The notes below the pieces were generated by a model. The model was given only the letters and a program-made list of their open reading frames with translations. It had not been told where the DNA came from and made no database searches. DNA of 52,395 nucleotides from NCBI RefSeq assembly GCF_001194135.2, contig NC_069005.1, positions 3,476,804 through 3,529,198 of the forward strand. The letters are read 5' to 3'. Numbering within the stretch: position 1 is the first letter of the stretch; each line of letters begins with the position of its first letter. Source of the stretch: Octopus bimaculoides. Taxonomy: Eukaryota. The translations under genes were made by a program, and so were the position numbers. Positions 12,776 to 25,675 of this stretch are shown one piece after another.

Positions 12776-13974
12776 TGTCGTTGAAACAGAAGCAACGGCA
12801 TCCAGAAAGTAAAAAGTGTAGAAAATCTATGTCTGTTTTGGTAAGGTAGAGGCCACACAATTAATTACTGTTTGTCTGAATTTGAAATAAATACCGCATT
12901 TGAATCATGGCTTATCTAAGCTATCAAAACTTGACGACTAGGTGATTGACAACGTACTATAACTTTTTTTCTTCGTTGCATTTGATTTACGTCTACGTCA
13001 CAAATTATAAATTCAAAACAAATCATTTACAATCGGATGGTTTACAATGTCTTTGGTATTGCTTTGTTCTTGTTAATTTTGTTAATTTACCTTTTGTTAA
13101 CTTTGTTAATTTGCCCTCCTTAAACACCTAGAAGTGAATCTATGATCTTGTTCCTCTGGTCCAATCATTACTGATACATCCTTGGTTATTCCCTCCTCCG
13201 CTCCGTGTCCACTCCATAATTTTCACCCAGCTCATACATGAGAATCCGCACGGATCCGTTTTTCCATCTGAGAATCTTCAAGCGACGCAGAGCGGAGAAT
13301 CTCCTTTCACAGAGACATACGAATTCCATCTTTCTGTTCTTGTAATCCGTTCTGGATTCTTAGTCGTACGCATAACGTTGGCACCAACGTAATCAACATT
13401 CTCTTCTCCTTTCGATGAACCACGGGAGCGTCTTTCAGAATCTCTGGATCTAGTCTTTCCTTGTGTCACACGGTCATTCCAGGTATCTACATGTCTGTTC
13501 CTTGAATTCGATGGTTTAGACACATGCCAGTGGTATCCCGTGGAAGTGCTGCGGAGAGGATTCACCCCTTAGACTAGTATTTCGGCCCTTACAATAAAGT
13601 CCTTACAATGTAGGCAGGATTCAGTTCATAACTCCTTTGTGACCTCCTGCCGAAAATGTTTAGTCTTTTGTATGTCAGAAATTTCTACTACTATGATAAA
13701 CTGTGATAAAATGTAATATAGAAAGTGTTATCTGTCATATACAGATATGCAAAGCTATATAATAAATCCTGTTTTTATATGCAAAGTTTGGTACGAACTT
13801 CCGAAATGGTTGCATGACATATGTTACAGAAAACGTGACTAATTTAAAAGTCCCATATGGATCATTTACCAATTTTGTTACAGTTCCTAATGCTTCTATT
13901 ACTAATACTTCATTAATTCCGTTCACTATGGCACCATGAATATATTGTGCGACATAAGAAACTCATAGAATTTC

Positions 13975-14330
13975 AGGTGTCGAAACAGATTTCAATTCCG
14001 AAAACACACATTTCGTTATTATTCAAAAAGCAAGTTTTGTAATATTATTTAACACCACTGTCACGACAACTTTTGAAATTAATTGTTAACAATATCACTA
14101 GCATTGAGACAAAAATTTATGAGTGCTCGATGCCAGAGCAATGGGAATAAACGTCAATAACTGCAAGAAATACAGGAGAAATTTAGTAATAATGTCTTAT
14201 TCCACTTTCAAAACAAAACCAATTGCCATGACATTCTAACATTTGTGTAAGAAACGTTAAGACAAATGTCCAGTCTCAAGGTATATATAAAACAAGCATC
14301 TGAAACGATTAATACTACTAATGCAGCTGA

Positions 14331-14399
<69 letters not shown>

Positions 14400-14515
14400 C
14401 ACTACTACTGTTGGTGCTGCTGCCGCTGCTGCCACTTCGACGTTTAAAAATGACATCATTTCTGATATTAGGCGTGGTTTTCAATAACATCGACCATATT
14501 ACATGACTGGTACTG
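13975..14515 (-). repeat. Right arm of the inverted duplication (contains an expanded (ACT)n)
   Basis: See the left arm. The core match is ~13975-14290; the outer part is weak. Confidence 0.85.
14331..14409. repeat. (ACT)n trinucleotide microsatellite
   Basis: Directly visible; it produces the spurious poly-T, poly-L, poly-S and poly-V ORFs. Confidence 0.97.
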
Positions 14516-17319
14516 ATTTCATTGAAATGAAAACATTTCATCAAAATCAAAACAATGAAATTAAAAGTCTAACGCAGCAGAATTTGCAATCAAAACGTAA
14601 ATGATAATGTAAAAGAGTAAAAATATACAATCTGTTTATGGACTCCTTTCACTTGTTATTGCTATGGCCATGCAGATTGAGAAGTTACAGCTTTCACCAG
14701 AGTTAAAAATCTATGAATTGATTTGCGGTTTTGTTTTCACACATTTTCTCTCACCTCATCACACTTAATTACATGGCCCACCTATAATACTATTCCAGTC
14801 CTCCACACGTAGTGCAATACGGAATTTTCTAGATAAAGCTTTCATAACCTTAATGACGCATACAGTTCCTGACCAAATGTAAATGTCACCAGGCTCTGAT
14901 TTGGTTCCTGTAGCATCGCTTTTGAGATTTACATTATCTGCTTAATCATTAAATCTTGTTAAGAGAAGTGATGCCTTCAAATCACACTTGTCGGAGTTGG
15001 ACGAGATTTGTTGCCTCACAGAAATCCTCTTTCGCTTATATCTATCATTTCTGTTTCTTATAACTTGACGTGGTTCTGCAAATAAATTCGTTTCCATGCT
15101 TGAGAAATAGCACATATATTTTTGCAACGTAATCTTAGTATGGACATTTTGTCAGTAAAATTTGACTGCAGCCGCCATGCTTCTTCCTGAGCAAACACAA
15201 CAGCCTATCTTTCAACGTTGTCATTGAAATATTTTTCGTTCATTCACGTAAAAAAGTCCTATAATATACTTTCGCCTGAGTTCCATACACTTGTAGTTGT
15301 CTATACCAGTTGTCTTTTTTGTCTATTATATACGAGTTACTTTTTTAAATACACAGTTTTGCTCTATGTGTTTAACAGTGTATTGCATTGTTTTTTCCAT
15401 GAAACCATAAATGTTTTTACTTCTTCATTGATGTTGATAATGCAGTGTGCGTTTTCGTTTGTTACTATTACTATTATTATTTTTGTTGTTGTTGATGATA
15501 TTGTTCTTTGTGCAGATTTTTTTCTTTCCGTTTATTTCTTTAGGAGTTGCTATTCTTTTCTTTGTCTTTCCTGTGTTTGGTGTTGCCATTGATATAGAAC
15601 TTACTTTCATTTTTTGTTTGTTTTTCTGGTAACAAGAGCAGCATGAAGCGGCATCCGAGAATACGAGTTCGTGTTTGTGTCTCTGATTTTTCTTTTCAAT
15701 TTTTGCCTCGTATTTTCACTGATGCCTCTGGTAATCCTTGTTGTAATTCCTGTTATTTAATGTTTGGTATCATGTTGACGAGTATTTTCTGAAGAAGCTG
15801 AACTATTGAACATTTAGTCGGGTGATGCGTTTCCCTCTCTTTTCCTCTTCAACCTCGCAACATCATCCCATATTGTAATCGTTTCAATCTCACCACACAG
15901 CGTGTTCTCGGAGTCGAAGCAATACGAAAAAAGTGGGCAGAGGTACATAGGCGCAGAGAAGTGCACATATATGCATTTTTACTTTTTTTTCTAAAATGAT
16001 AGCTACAGAATCGTTCACCTTGGTTACGAAGTTTGCATTTTGTTAATGCTGATGATGTTTCTTGAATCATAGTTGTTGTTGTTGTTGTTGTTGCTGCTGC
16101 AGTTCTGCTTTCTAGAAGTTAATTCATTTTTGCAATGATGGTGGTGTTTGTAGAAAGTGATGCTGGTCTTAGCTTCAATGATTTTTGCACTTACGTCTCT
16201 ACAGGTTGCTCAGCTAATATAGCGCCCGATTTTACAGCGTTAATGCTATCTTTAATTCCTAAATACCCAGCCACCCCAAGAAACTCATATCAGAACATGA
16301 TTCGCCAGGCAAATAATGTTAGAAACCTTTAAGAATGTTCCAAGTACGAACAGCGTTTGTTGCGATTGGAAAAAGAAGAAATAAAACAAAGAAACAGAAG
16401 ACATCTGTGGAAAAAAGAAATGGAGAATTGTCTTTTTTCTTCCAGACAGATTTTCTTTTTATCAATTAAAAGAAATGTAAAAAGAATACGAAGAACAAAA
16501 CTGATGGGTTTTTAATAATGCTGAAAATTGTTCTTCGCTAAGAAGGAGATAATTAAAAATGTACATATGAAGTAAGATGTTATTCTTACGAACAAATAAA
16601 TAATTATGTAGTTCGCTAAAAGAATTAGCGTTTATGATCTTAACCACTGTATGTTCCGATGTAAAATCTGATAATAAACGTCAGATGCAGGTTGGTCTTT
16701 TGGGTTTCCTAATGGGTTTTGTATTACCTAGGTGTGTGCTATTTATTTAATTAACCATTAAAAATGTAATTAGTGAGCATTACAAAGTTAAGTTGAAATA
16801 ATTATTCAGTGAGCAAATACAAGACAAGAGCTCATTTAGTAACATTATGTAAATTGTAATGAGAATTCAGGGCGGCATTAATGGATGTGTTTCATTTGTG
16901 TTAGTTATCCCTAATGAAGCACATGATTTTTTTCCAATTGCTGGACTTGAACCGGTGAAGACAGAATTATAAAACAAATGAACAAAATTGTACATAATGG
17001 AGAGTAGAAAATTAAAATATATTTCAGAAATTGAATTACACAGAAATTTACACACGTGAAATGCCCGCCCCTTTCAAATATTTTCTGTTGCAAGGGAAAA
17101 TACCAGTATTGCACAATAACAAATGTTATTTGAAGTATTCTTCTTGTAAGGGAAGCAACTCCAGGGATGTTTCTTTTGTGTAGAACCTCTTCATCGATCT
17201 ATAATTTTCATCATACTTTTAATCCGCATTAAAAACTTCGTAATTCCTTACGGAATAAATTTAGCACAGAAATATTTATTGTATAATCATATAATTTTAC
17301 TATATAATTCTTCAATATT

Positions 17320-17485
17320 TGGTAGTTCTAGACTTATTCCTACTGAAGTGTCGACTTTGTGTCAACTTCGTCTTTCATTTTCGGTGTCGATAAATTAACT
17401 ACCAGTTGCATACTTGGATTGATCTAATCGATTGGCACCCCTCTCCCCATAATTCCGGGCTTTTTGCCTAGAGTAGAAGAGAATA
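17320..17485 (+). mobile_element. tRNA-derived SINE (central and 3' part)
   Basis: gtcgactttg...tttcattttcggtgtcgataaattaactaccagttgcatacttggattgatctaatcgattggc...tgcctagagtagaa matches the octopus SINE consensus as I recall it; its reverse complement occurs at 18720-18794. Confidence 0.8.
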
Positions 17486-18369
17486 TAAGCAATAGTGGTA
17501 ATGACAGTAGTATTATTAGTATTAAGCAGTGGAAGGAGTAAAGTCGGAGGGACAGGTGGATTTGTTGTTCTTGTGTTGTTATTGTCGATGAGTTTACTAT
17601 CCTTTAGTGTAGATCGAGCAACAGCCGCTGGAAACAAACAAAACAAAAATAAAAATCTAAATAAACTATATGAAATGTAGCAATATTTTTTTTACTCCTA
17701 TATTTAAATCATTATTGCTATTCAATATTACGGATCCGTTGATCATCGCTAAGAATACCGTAAAATAAAAACTATATACTCTTTCAATTTCACATTCACA
17801 GCTGTCTCTTTACATAAACAAATTCAACGAGAGAAAAAATATTTTGTTTTTTAGAAATAACTCTGTAGATTTTTGTTGTTGTTTTCTTTCGCAAAAATTT
17901 CTATATTTTCCCTCAGTTTTATATTATTAAAATAGAAATAATAATCTCGCAACTTCTTCAAGTTAATTGAATTGACATGATATCAAATATTTACAATCTT
18001 CTGGACGATCTCTACTTAAAATATTGTTATAGTTATCGCTACTGCTATGGTAGTTAATATTGTTATGGTCAATTTTGTTATTGTTGTTGGTGTTGTTGTT
18101 GTTGGTTGTGATGTTGTTTAACTTTCGTATTATCATTAGTATTTTAATTTGTTTGTGTAGCGAAATGGGAGAATCGTTAAAGCAGCGGAGAAAATACCTT
18201 CTACTAATTATTCGGTTCTTTCCTACCTCATTTCAATTCGCTCGAAGATTAAGTTGAAAAAGCAAAAAGGAAAAAAAAAACAAAAAAAAAAAACAAATAC
18301 AATTAAAATTCCTTGCCTTGTTGTATAAACTCCTAGACCAGGTTTGAATACTTCTCTAGCGTATTCGTT

Positions 18370-18537
18370 CACTCCTGGACGGGATGCCAGTCTATCTCAG
18401 GATGACTCACGTTTGCCAGCTGAGCAGATCTGAGCAACATGAAATGAAGTGCTTTTTAAAAAAACGCCCGGTGCAGTTGTCGAACCTAGAATTTTACGAT
18501 CATGAGGCCAACATTCTAACGACTGAGCAACACGACT
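18370..18537 (-). mobile_element. tRNA-derived SINE 5' part
   Basis: The reverse complement reads ...tcagtcgttagaatgttggcctcatgatcgtaaaattctaggttcgacaac...cacttcatttcatgttgctcag; same family as 26750-26880. Confidence 0.75.
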
Positions 18538-18719
18538 CCACCAATTATCATCTAAGGTCGATATTATCGATATCTTCCCATTTAAATCCAATATTATAAG
18601 CGGAACCTTTAGGACATTGGACGACTAAGTCCACCTACAGTTGTCATGCATGTGGGCTGGTGCATTATTCATCGTTCCCCGCCAAAATACTTTCTACTGG
18701 AAGCACAAAGCCTCAAGTG

Positions 18720-18794
18720 AGTAATTGGTACTTTTTTAATCGACTCCGAAAAGATGAAAGGCAAAGTCGACCCCGGCGAAATTTGAACTCAATC
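18720..18794 (-). mobile_element. SINE central fragment ending at an N-gap
   Basis: tggtacttttttaatcgactccgaaaagatgaaaggcaaagtcgaccccggcgaaatttgaactc, the reverse complement of the family at 17320-17405. Confidence 0.85.
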
Positions 18795-21700
18795 NNNNNN
18801 NNNNNNNNNNNNNNNNNNNNNNNNNNNNNCCCCCCCCCCCAGCAATAATGACGAACAACAGAAAATGAAACCAATAAAGAAAAGCAACTGACCACTGCGG
18901 ATTTTGAACACTCAGCGCACAGAGATGTAATAAATAATGCGAGCCATCTTACCCGACGGCTCTAATGACTATCAATTCAGCATATTCGAAATTCTCTAAT
19001 TGCACTATTATTGTTTGTCTATTATCAATGTTTGTTCCTCTAATTTTTGTTTACTCTTCTTCATCTCCTCAAGAATTCTATTAAAGTTTCCCTTTTCGGA
19101 TATTATAGTTTTCTTCATTATTGCGTTGTAGTTTTCTCAACGTTTTTGTTGCTGTTGTTTCTGTTGATGTCATTGTCGTATTCAGCGTCTTTTAGACAGA
19201 GGTGATGCTGTTGTTTTTCCTATTGTTGTTGCTGCTGCTACTACTGCCCTTCCTGCTATTGTTTTTCCTGTATTTCTGACCTCACAGTTACTTTTTATAT
19301 CGTTGTTGATTTTCCGGTATTTTATTGTAATTTTGGCCTTTTTACAGTTAAATGCTGTTGTTTGTCCTGTTATTGTTTTTTTTTATTACGCTTCAACTTA
19401 GAGTTACCTTTACTAATGTTGTTGCCCTGAGTGTCTATTTACTACATTTTGTTTTGTTTTGCAAATTTAAATAAAAATTAAATTATCTCAAATTAATTAA
19501 ACCGCTGCAGTTATTTATTCAACATTCCGTCCCGTATCTTCGCTTTCTCTCAACCACACCTTTAACCCCAACAACAACTATTACAACAAGAAAAAAATTG
19601 GAGGCGCAACAACACGACCATCTTTCTCCATTGTGGTAAGTGTGACACATTGGCCCTTGATTTCAAAGTCAAAGTCTAATTTTACAGACGCTGTGTCTGT
19701 AGACTATTCATATCCAGATTGCTATCTCCGAGCGAATATTTCTATTATTCAAATTGACATATTGGCCTAACATTCTATTTCTGTCGTTCAATATAACAGT
19801 AGTTTTTGTGTTAATGCTCAAAGATGTGCGAATAAATAAAATATAGTAAATCTTCGCCAGGCATATTTGTAGGAGCTCTCAGTGTCCTTCATTATGTATG
19901 CTCTTTAAACGCTGTTATAAAATTACAGACGGTGTTATAAATTTACACACACCCTCTGCTTTTCCCATCCGTATCTGTGTGCGCTCATTCCATGAATGTG
20001 GGATATCAACAAAACATCGAAGTAGCATGGTTTTGTGATTAGGAATGTTGCTTCTCAACCGTGTAGTTTTGCTTTCCTTCCAGCTGTTAGGGATCTTTGT
20101 CTAGGATATTGTGTCTTCAGTATTTACGTTGGCACCTGAGCACTGAATCCTAAGAAGTATTATTTGTTCGAATCCACCGTAAATATTATATATATATNNN
20201 NNNNNNNNNNNNNNNNNNNNNNNNNNNNNNNNNNNNNNNNNNNNNNNNNNNNNNNNNNNNNNNNNNNNNNNNNNNNNNNNNNNNNNNNNNNNNNNNNNNN
20301 NNNNNNNNNNNNNNNNNNNNNNNNNNNNNNNNNNNNNNNNNNNNNNNNNNNNNNNNNNNNNNNNNNNNNNNNNNNNNNNNNNNNNNNNNNNNNNNNNNNN
20401 NNNNNNNNNNNNNNNNNNNNNNNNNNNNNNNNNNNNNNNNNNNNNNNNNNNNNNNNNNNNNNNNNNNNNNNNNNNNNNNNNNNNNNNNNNNNNNNNNNNN
20501 NNNNNNNNNNNNNNNNNNNNNNNNNNATATATATATATATATATATATGTATATATGCATGTATGTGTGTGTGTGCGGGTGCGTATTATAGATAAGCAAA
20601 CATATATTCATATAATTGTTTATAGAGACGATGTACTACAAATAATTTTATGCTACCGATCATCATACAAAATCTAAAAAAAAAAAAAAACAAACAAGCA
20701 AAATTTTGCTGTCATTAGAAGCTAAATTGAAGAGATTATATCTGGAAATGAAAGTATCAATCGAATGTTTTTGATCTCATCGATAATTATCTATCTCAAT
20801 TTACTTGTGTATCAGCCATTTCGATTTCATTGCCTCACATTATTGAACATTATATGCAGGATAACATTTCATATATTAGGAAGAAAAAGTAAATATGACA
20901 TCTGCCATTCATCTATAGCCTATATATTTTATGTTTATTATTCATGTTAAATATTATATATGTATATTCATTAATCGTGTTAAATATTATACTTGTTTCT
21001 TTTTTTTTGTTGTTTTCCGTTTTTCATGCAGAGTTTTTATTTTAAGAAACCATCTCTAAAATCTCTAAATATAATTGGAGAGAACGCTATAAAAGTTTGA
21101 AAAAAAAAATAATTAGAAAAATCATATAACAGCTCTGGTGAAGAAAATATGAAATATAACACCAGAATACCAAAGTCAATATCAGAGTTGATCATATGCG
21201 TGTGTGTAGGTATGTGGGTGTGTTCGTGTGTAAGTATATATGTACCTCGGTTTATGTGTGTATGTTTCTTAACTATGTGAACAGCCACAGTCAATACTCG
21301 GTGAAGTCTGGCAGCACCTACACAAACACGTCTATGTTTGAAGTAGTTAAACTTGGGTTTACAGTGTAGTAGAGACGGGACAAACTGCAAAGGACACGAA
21401 CTGATTATAATAAATACAGTTTTGATGCACACACGCACACATACATACTCACTCACACACACACACACGCACACACACTCGTTTATATATATTTACAAGT
21501 ACGCCTGTGTGTATGCGTTGATAGATTTTCATGAAGGCAACAATACAGAATAAATTCATTCAAAAAAAAAAAAAGAGATTCACGCTTACAAAGAGGGACA
21601 CACGCGATCAGAAACAGACGCATTCACAGCTCATCGATTAAAATGGTCAGCCAAGTTATTTGCAGTAGATATTTGAAAAGTGCGTGGCTGCTTAATGAAT

Positions 21701-22020
21701 GGCTCAGAAAAGCCAATCGATCAATTAATAATTTAATTAATTAGTGAAAATAATACACAATACTGCACCTGTGTGTGTCTTTCCGTGCGGAGAATGGGTT
21801 TCTAGAATTGTAAAGCTATATAAATATACGTGCATGCATAAGTTCGTGTGTGTGTGTGTGTTTGTGTGTGTAAATGTGTAGTCTATATGCAAATATCATT
21901 TACATATCTATATATGGTAATAAGCATACAACAAAGGATACACGTGCATACATACCTATCATACACACTGATATATACCCCTGTCTGTACACACGCACAC
22001 ACACATACTGAGAGAAAGAA

Positions 22021-22023
<3 letters not shown>

Positions 22024-22068
<45 letters not shown>
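22024..22068. repeat. (GA)n microsatellite
   Basis: Directly visible. Confidence 0.97.
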
Positions 22069-22071
<3 letters not shown>

Positions 22072-22989
22072 AAAGAGCAGAAGGAGCCGAGAAAGGGACA
22101 GAGAGAGATTGTTGCTATTTGTTCCATTAATAAGACAGCATAGAAAATGTAATATTTTAGGTATTTAAATTACATACAAAAAACACTACAAAAATATAAT
22201 TATTACTCTACTAAACACACTATTCGGCAAGTTTGCTGATATTTTATCCAGCTAACTACATCATATCCCTCGGGATATTTTTTTACGTTTTCAATCATTA
22301 AATTCCGCATTTGAAATGAAACCCGATAAAGTACATATGTTCCGTACCTAGATAAAAATCGCTGAGTCCGCGTTATAGGATCTAACTGAAGGCGATATAC
22401 GTGGTGAGGAATATTTTCACTATATTAGTTTACACAACCAGATATTAGATTTTTAATAACAGAGAAAGGTTGTCAGCTTCAAAAGCAAAACCTAAGGTCA
22501 CGTTGACTTCTTTAACGGGTAACTTAAAAGCTAATTAGAAATAATTATATGTTTTTTCATTCACTCTCTCTCTCTCTCTTATCCCCTCCCTCTTTCTGTC
22601 TCCTCCTTCTCTTACATTCTCTTTCTCCCCCTCTCTCTTTCTTCTCCATCCTTTCTTTTTCTCTTTCTCTCTTTCTAATAAGGGAAGAATAGTAATCGAT
22701 GTGTGATATGATTGTATTATGACTGGCGAGTAAAGAAGAAAACTTCAGGCATATTTCAGCAGTATGCATTGCATTATACCATTCACAGCAGAAATTCCAT
22801 TCATTACATATTTTAACATGTATTTAACTATCGTTTCCTCTTGCGAATAGAATCTCTGCTTCACTATTTCTCTGAGATGTGTGTATGGGAAAATACATAT
22901 GTATCTTTTATCTTTGTATTTTACTTCTTTTCGTCATTAAACCGCGGACATTTTGGGGAAAACACATATACATAGAGTTTACGCTGTCA

Positions 22990-23095
22990 GGGTTGTATCG
23001 TAAGATTTTTGCTTAACAGCCATATGGTTGTAGGTTCGGTGCCACTTCGTGAATCATGGCTGCAGTCCAATGAGTGAATCAAGTAAAAGATGAAA
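22990..23095 (+). mobile_element. Internally deleted SINE (head fused to 3' tail)
   Basis: The head (catatggttgtaggttcggtgccacttcgtg) resembles 34085-34116. The tail (catggctgcagtccaatgagtgaatcaagtaaaaga) resembles 50108-50135. Confidence 0.6.
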
Positions 23096-23580
23096 AATAT
23101 TCTATTACCCGAATATGTATCCATAACAGTCCACATTTTTACAGATATGAAATATATGACCGAGTTTCTTTATCACACGAAGAAACTGCTGGATCTGCTC
23201 CAGTGTATTGTCAGGTCTTCTTCTGATGGAGTCCAAACATATCGTAATGCTAGAAACCCTTTTCCATCAGCAGAAACGTCCCTGGATATCTATCATATTA
23301 ATCCTGCATATACAAAACCTTGAACATTGGCATGAAATGAGCACCCACCCAAACACACACAAATACATACGCACATATATACATACATATATGCATACAA
23401 ATATAAATACAGAAATACATACATACACACATTCACAGTCATTATATATGTATCAACACACACAAGCACACACATATGTATATACACATGTACGTGTATA
23501 GCTGAATATCTAAGTGCATTTGTGTACACACACACAAAGACACGCGCATATATATGTGTGTGTGTATGCATATGTAAATG

Positions 23581-23707
23581 AATATATATATATATGTATA
23601 TATATATGTATGTATGTATGTATGTATGNNNNNNNNNNNNNNNNNNNNNNNNNNNNNNNNNNNNNNNNNNNNNNNNNNNNNTATATATATATGTATATAT
23701 ATATGTA

Positions 23708-23743
<36 letters not shown>

Positions 23744-23745
23744 TG
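23581..23745. repeat. (TA)n/(TATG)n microsatellite spanning an N-gap
   Basis: Directly visible. Confidence 0.95.
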
Positions 23746-24180
23746 CAACATACGGCTCACAGTCTACAATCCATAACGTCTGCATATTTGCTTGCTACTT
23801 AGATATGTCATGTATTTACTCTAGGCGATATACGTTTAGATATCTACCAGTACATTAAAATTGCAACTTTTCTGATATAGCATACAATAGGATCCTTAAA
23901 ATAAAATATCTTTCTGAGTAGGATTTTAATGTAAGAAGCCTATAAGCTAATTCATAAAAACTCACGTCTATACATATGCATGTTATTTCTTTTCTTCCGA
24001 AACATTTTTACTCCACTATTATTGATATAGTGTGGCAGCGGTACTACGATTTCGCATTTCAGAAAGAGTGTAATGTATAACGTAACATTAGTTAACACTA
24101 CAACATAACAGAATAATGTTGTACTTCTAACTAATCTAACTGAACGTATATCATTACATATTGTCTTTAGAGGAAAAGTG

Positions 24181-24538
24181 GTGGGGAGCAATGGCCCAGT
24201 TGATAGGGGCAGCAAACTCGCAGTCGTAGGATCGCGGGTTAGATTCGCAGACCTAACCACCTAAAGTTCCACGAGACACCAACCTGGGGTGCTGGCGAAC
24301 GCTGCTGTATTCTTTCACCACATCTTTCTCTCACTCTTTCGGCCTGTTTCTGTTGTACGTGTACTTCAAAGGGCGAGCCTTGAAATACCCTGTCTTACGC
24401 TGAATCTTCCCGAGAGCTACGTTAAGTGTACACGTGTCTGCGTAGTGCTCAGCCGCTTGCACGTTAATTTCACGAGTGGGCAGTTCCCTTGATAGGGTCA
24501 ACTGGAACCCACATCGTCGTAAACGACGAAGTGCCGGA
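24181..24538 (+). mobile_element. Near full-length tRNA-derived SINE
   Basis: A-box-like tggcccagttgatagg, degenerate B-box gggttagattcgc, and a body ending gcacgttaatttcacgag...caactggaacccacatcgtcgtaaacgacgaagtgcc, as in an octopus SINE family I recall. Confidence 0.8.
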
Positions 24539-24730
24539 AGATGGAAGGATATATCACAATACAACTATACTTATACGCCATGAAATCTCTTCTTCCTTAT
24601 TTCTGTTATTTGCTACTGGTTCTATTTTATGGGACTAGCACTTTGTGTGATAGCCTTTTGGTGTAATGTTTCTGGTGAAGATTTGAGTAGGATGGAGCAG
24701 CATTCCATTGCGCATCCTGCAATATATAAG

Positions 24731-24843
24731 ATCGAAATAAGCAACAAGAATATCAAGAGGTAATGCACTTAATCTAAATGGAGTCACATGAAATAATCGT
24801 ACTGCATTACGATTATCTGTATATCCTTGTTGCTTATTTTGAT
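24731..24843. repeat. Fold-back (MITE-like) inverted repeat
   Basis: atcgaaataagcaacaagaatat (24731-24753) vs atatccttgttgcttattttgat (24821-24843), 21/23 complementary; inner gtaatgca/tgcattac pair. Confidence 0.75.
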
Positions 24844-24870
24844 TTTAATTTAATCAATTTACTTTGAAAT

Positions 24871-24929
24871 TGGGAATCGAAACCGCGATCCTAACCACTG
24901 CCCTAACCACTAGGCCATTGCGCCTCCAC
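24871..24929 (-). mobile_element. SINE tRNA-like head (same family as 24181)
   Basis: The reverse complement is gtggaggcgcaatggcctagtggttagggcagtggttaggatcgcggtttcgattccca. Confidence 0.8.
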
Positions 24930-25634
24930 TATTAGATATGTGGTAATACAGTACTAAAGGTACATCCGTCAAGGACAGATATAACCGGATTTCTTAAAGA
25001 AATACGTCTTCAAACATCTGGAATGCATGTCTGATTGTATGTCGCTGTTTTCCTATATAAGAAATGGCTCATCCTCGTAATGTCCAAACATATCTTTCCA
25101 GTTTAACTGAATGGTATCACTTAAGTTTAACATAATCACCAGCATTGAAACCTATGTTACATTTTATTACTGGTACTATCTATTTGACGAAACTCAATGC
25201 AGATAATTTCGACCTAATTCCTGTTACTTCAAGTGTTAAAAGAATTTACCAAATTTGATACGCAGTACAGATGATCGAACTCGGAACATTGTGATCCCGA
25301 ATACAAGTTCTTTACAATAGCGATATTCCGTATCGACGCCCTCCCGCTTTCTCCTTTTTGGTTTTCATTTAATAACCCCCCACACACTCACACAAGCAAA
25401 CAGACGCATCCGCGTGGGTTTCGTAAAGAAGTATATTCAGACACATATTCAGCTTTAATACACACACATATACACACATACACAAACACACACACAAGCA
25501 CACGCACAAACACGCACGCACACATATATATACATATATATGCATATATGTATCTATGTATATATGTATGAGTGTATGTATGTGCGTATGTGTGTGTATA
25601 AACACATACGCACTGTCTCTCTCACACACCCATA

Positions 25635-25675
<41 letters not shown>

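Noticed and set aside
17495-18257. Hydrophobic signal-peptide-like ORFs (17495-17680, 18060-18257)
   Set aside because: They derive from degenerate (GTT)/(TAG)/(TTG) repeats, with no splice donor or downstream support.
7238-19643. Isolated + strand GTAAGT donors (~7348, ~10249, ~19638)
   Set aside because: These 6-mers are expected by chance in AT-rich DNA and could not be joined into a coherent gene model.
23090-23323. 77-aa ORF with a long antisense open frame
   Set aside because: It starts inside a SINE tail, has no recognisable homology and lacks consistent splice sites.
24181-24260. tRNA gene
   Set aside because: It has A/B-box-like motifs but no cloverleaf, and it continues into a SINE body; the same applies to 26750 and 34042.
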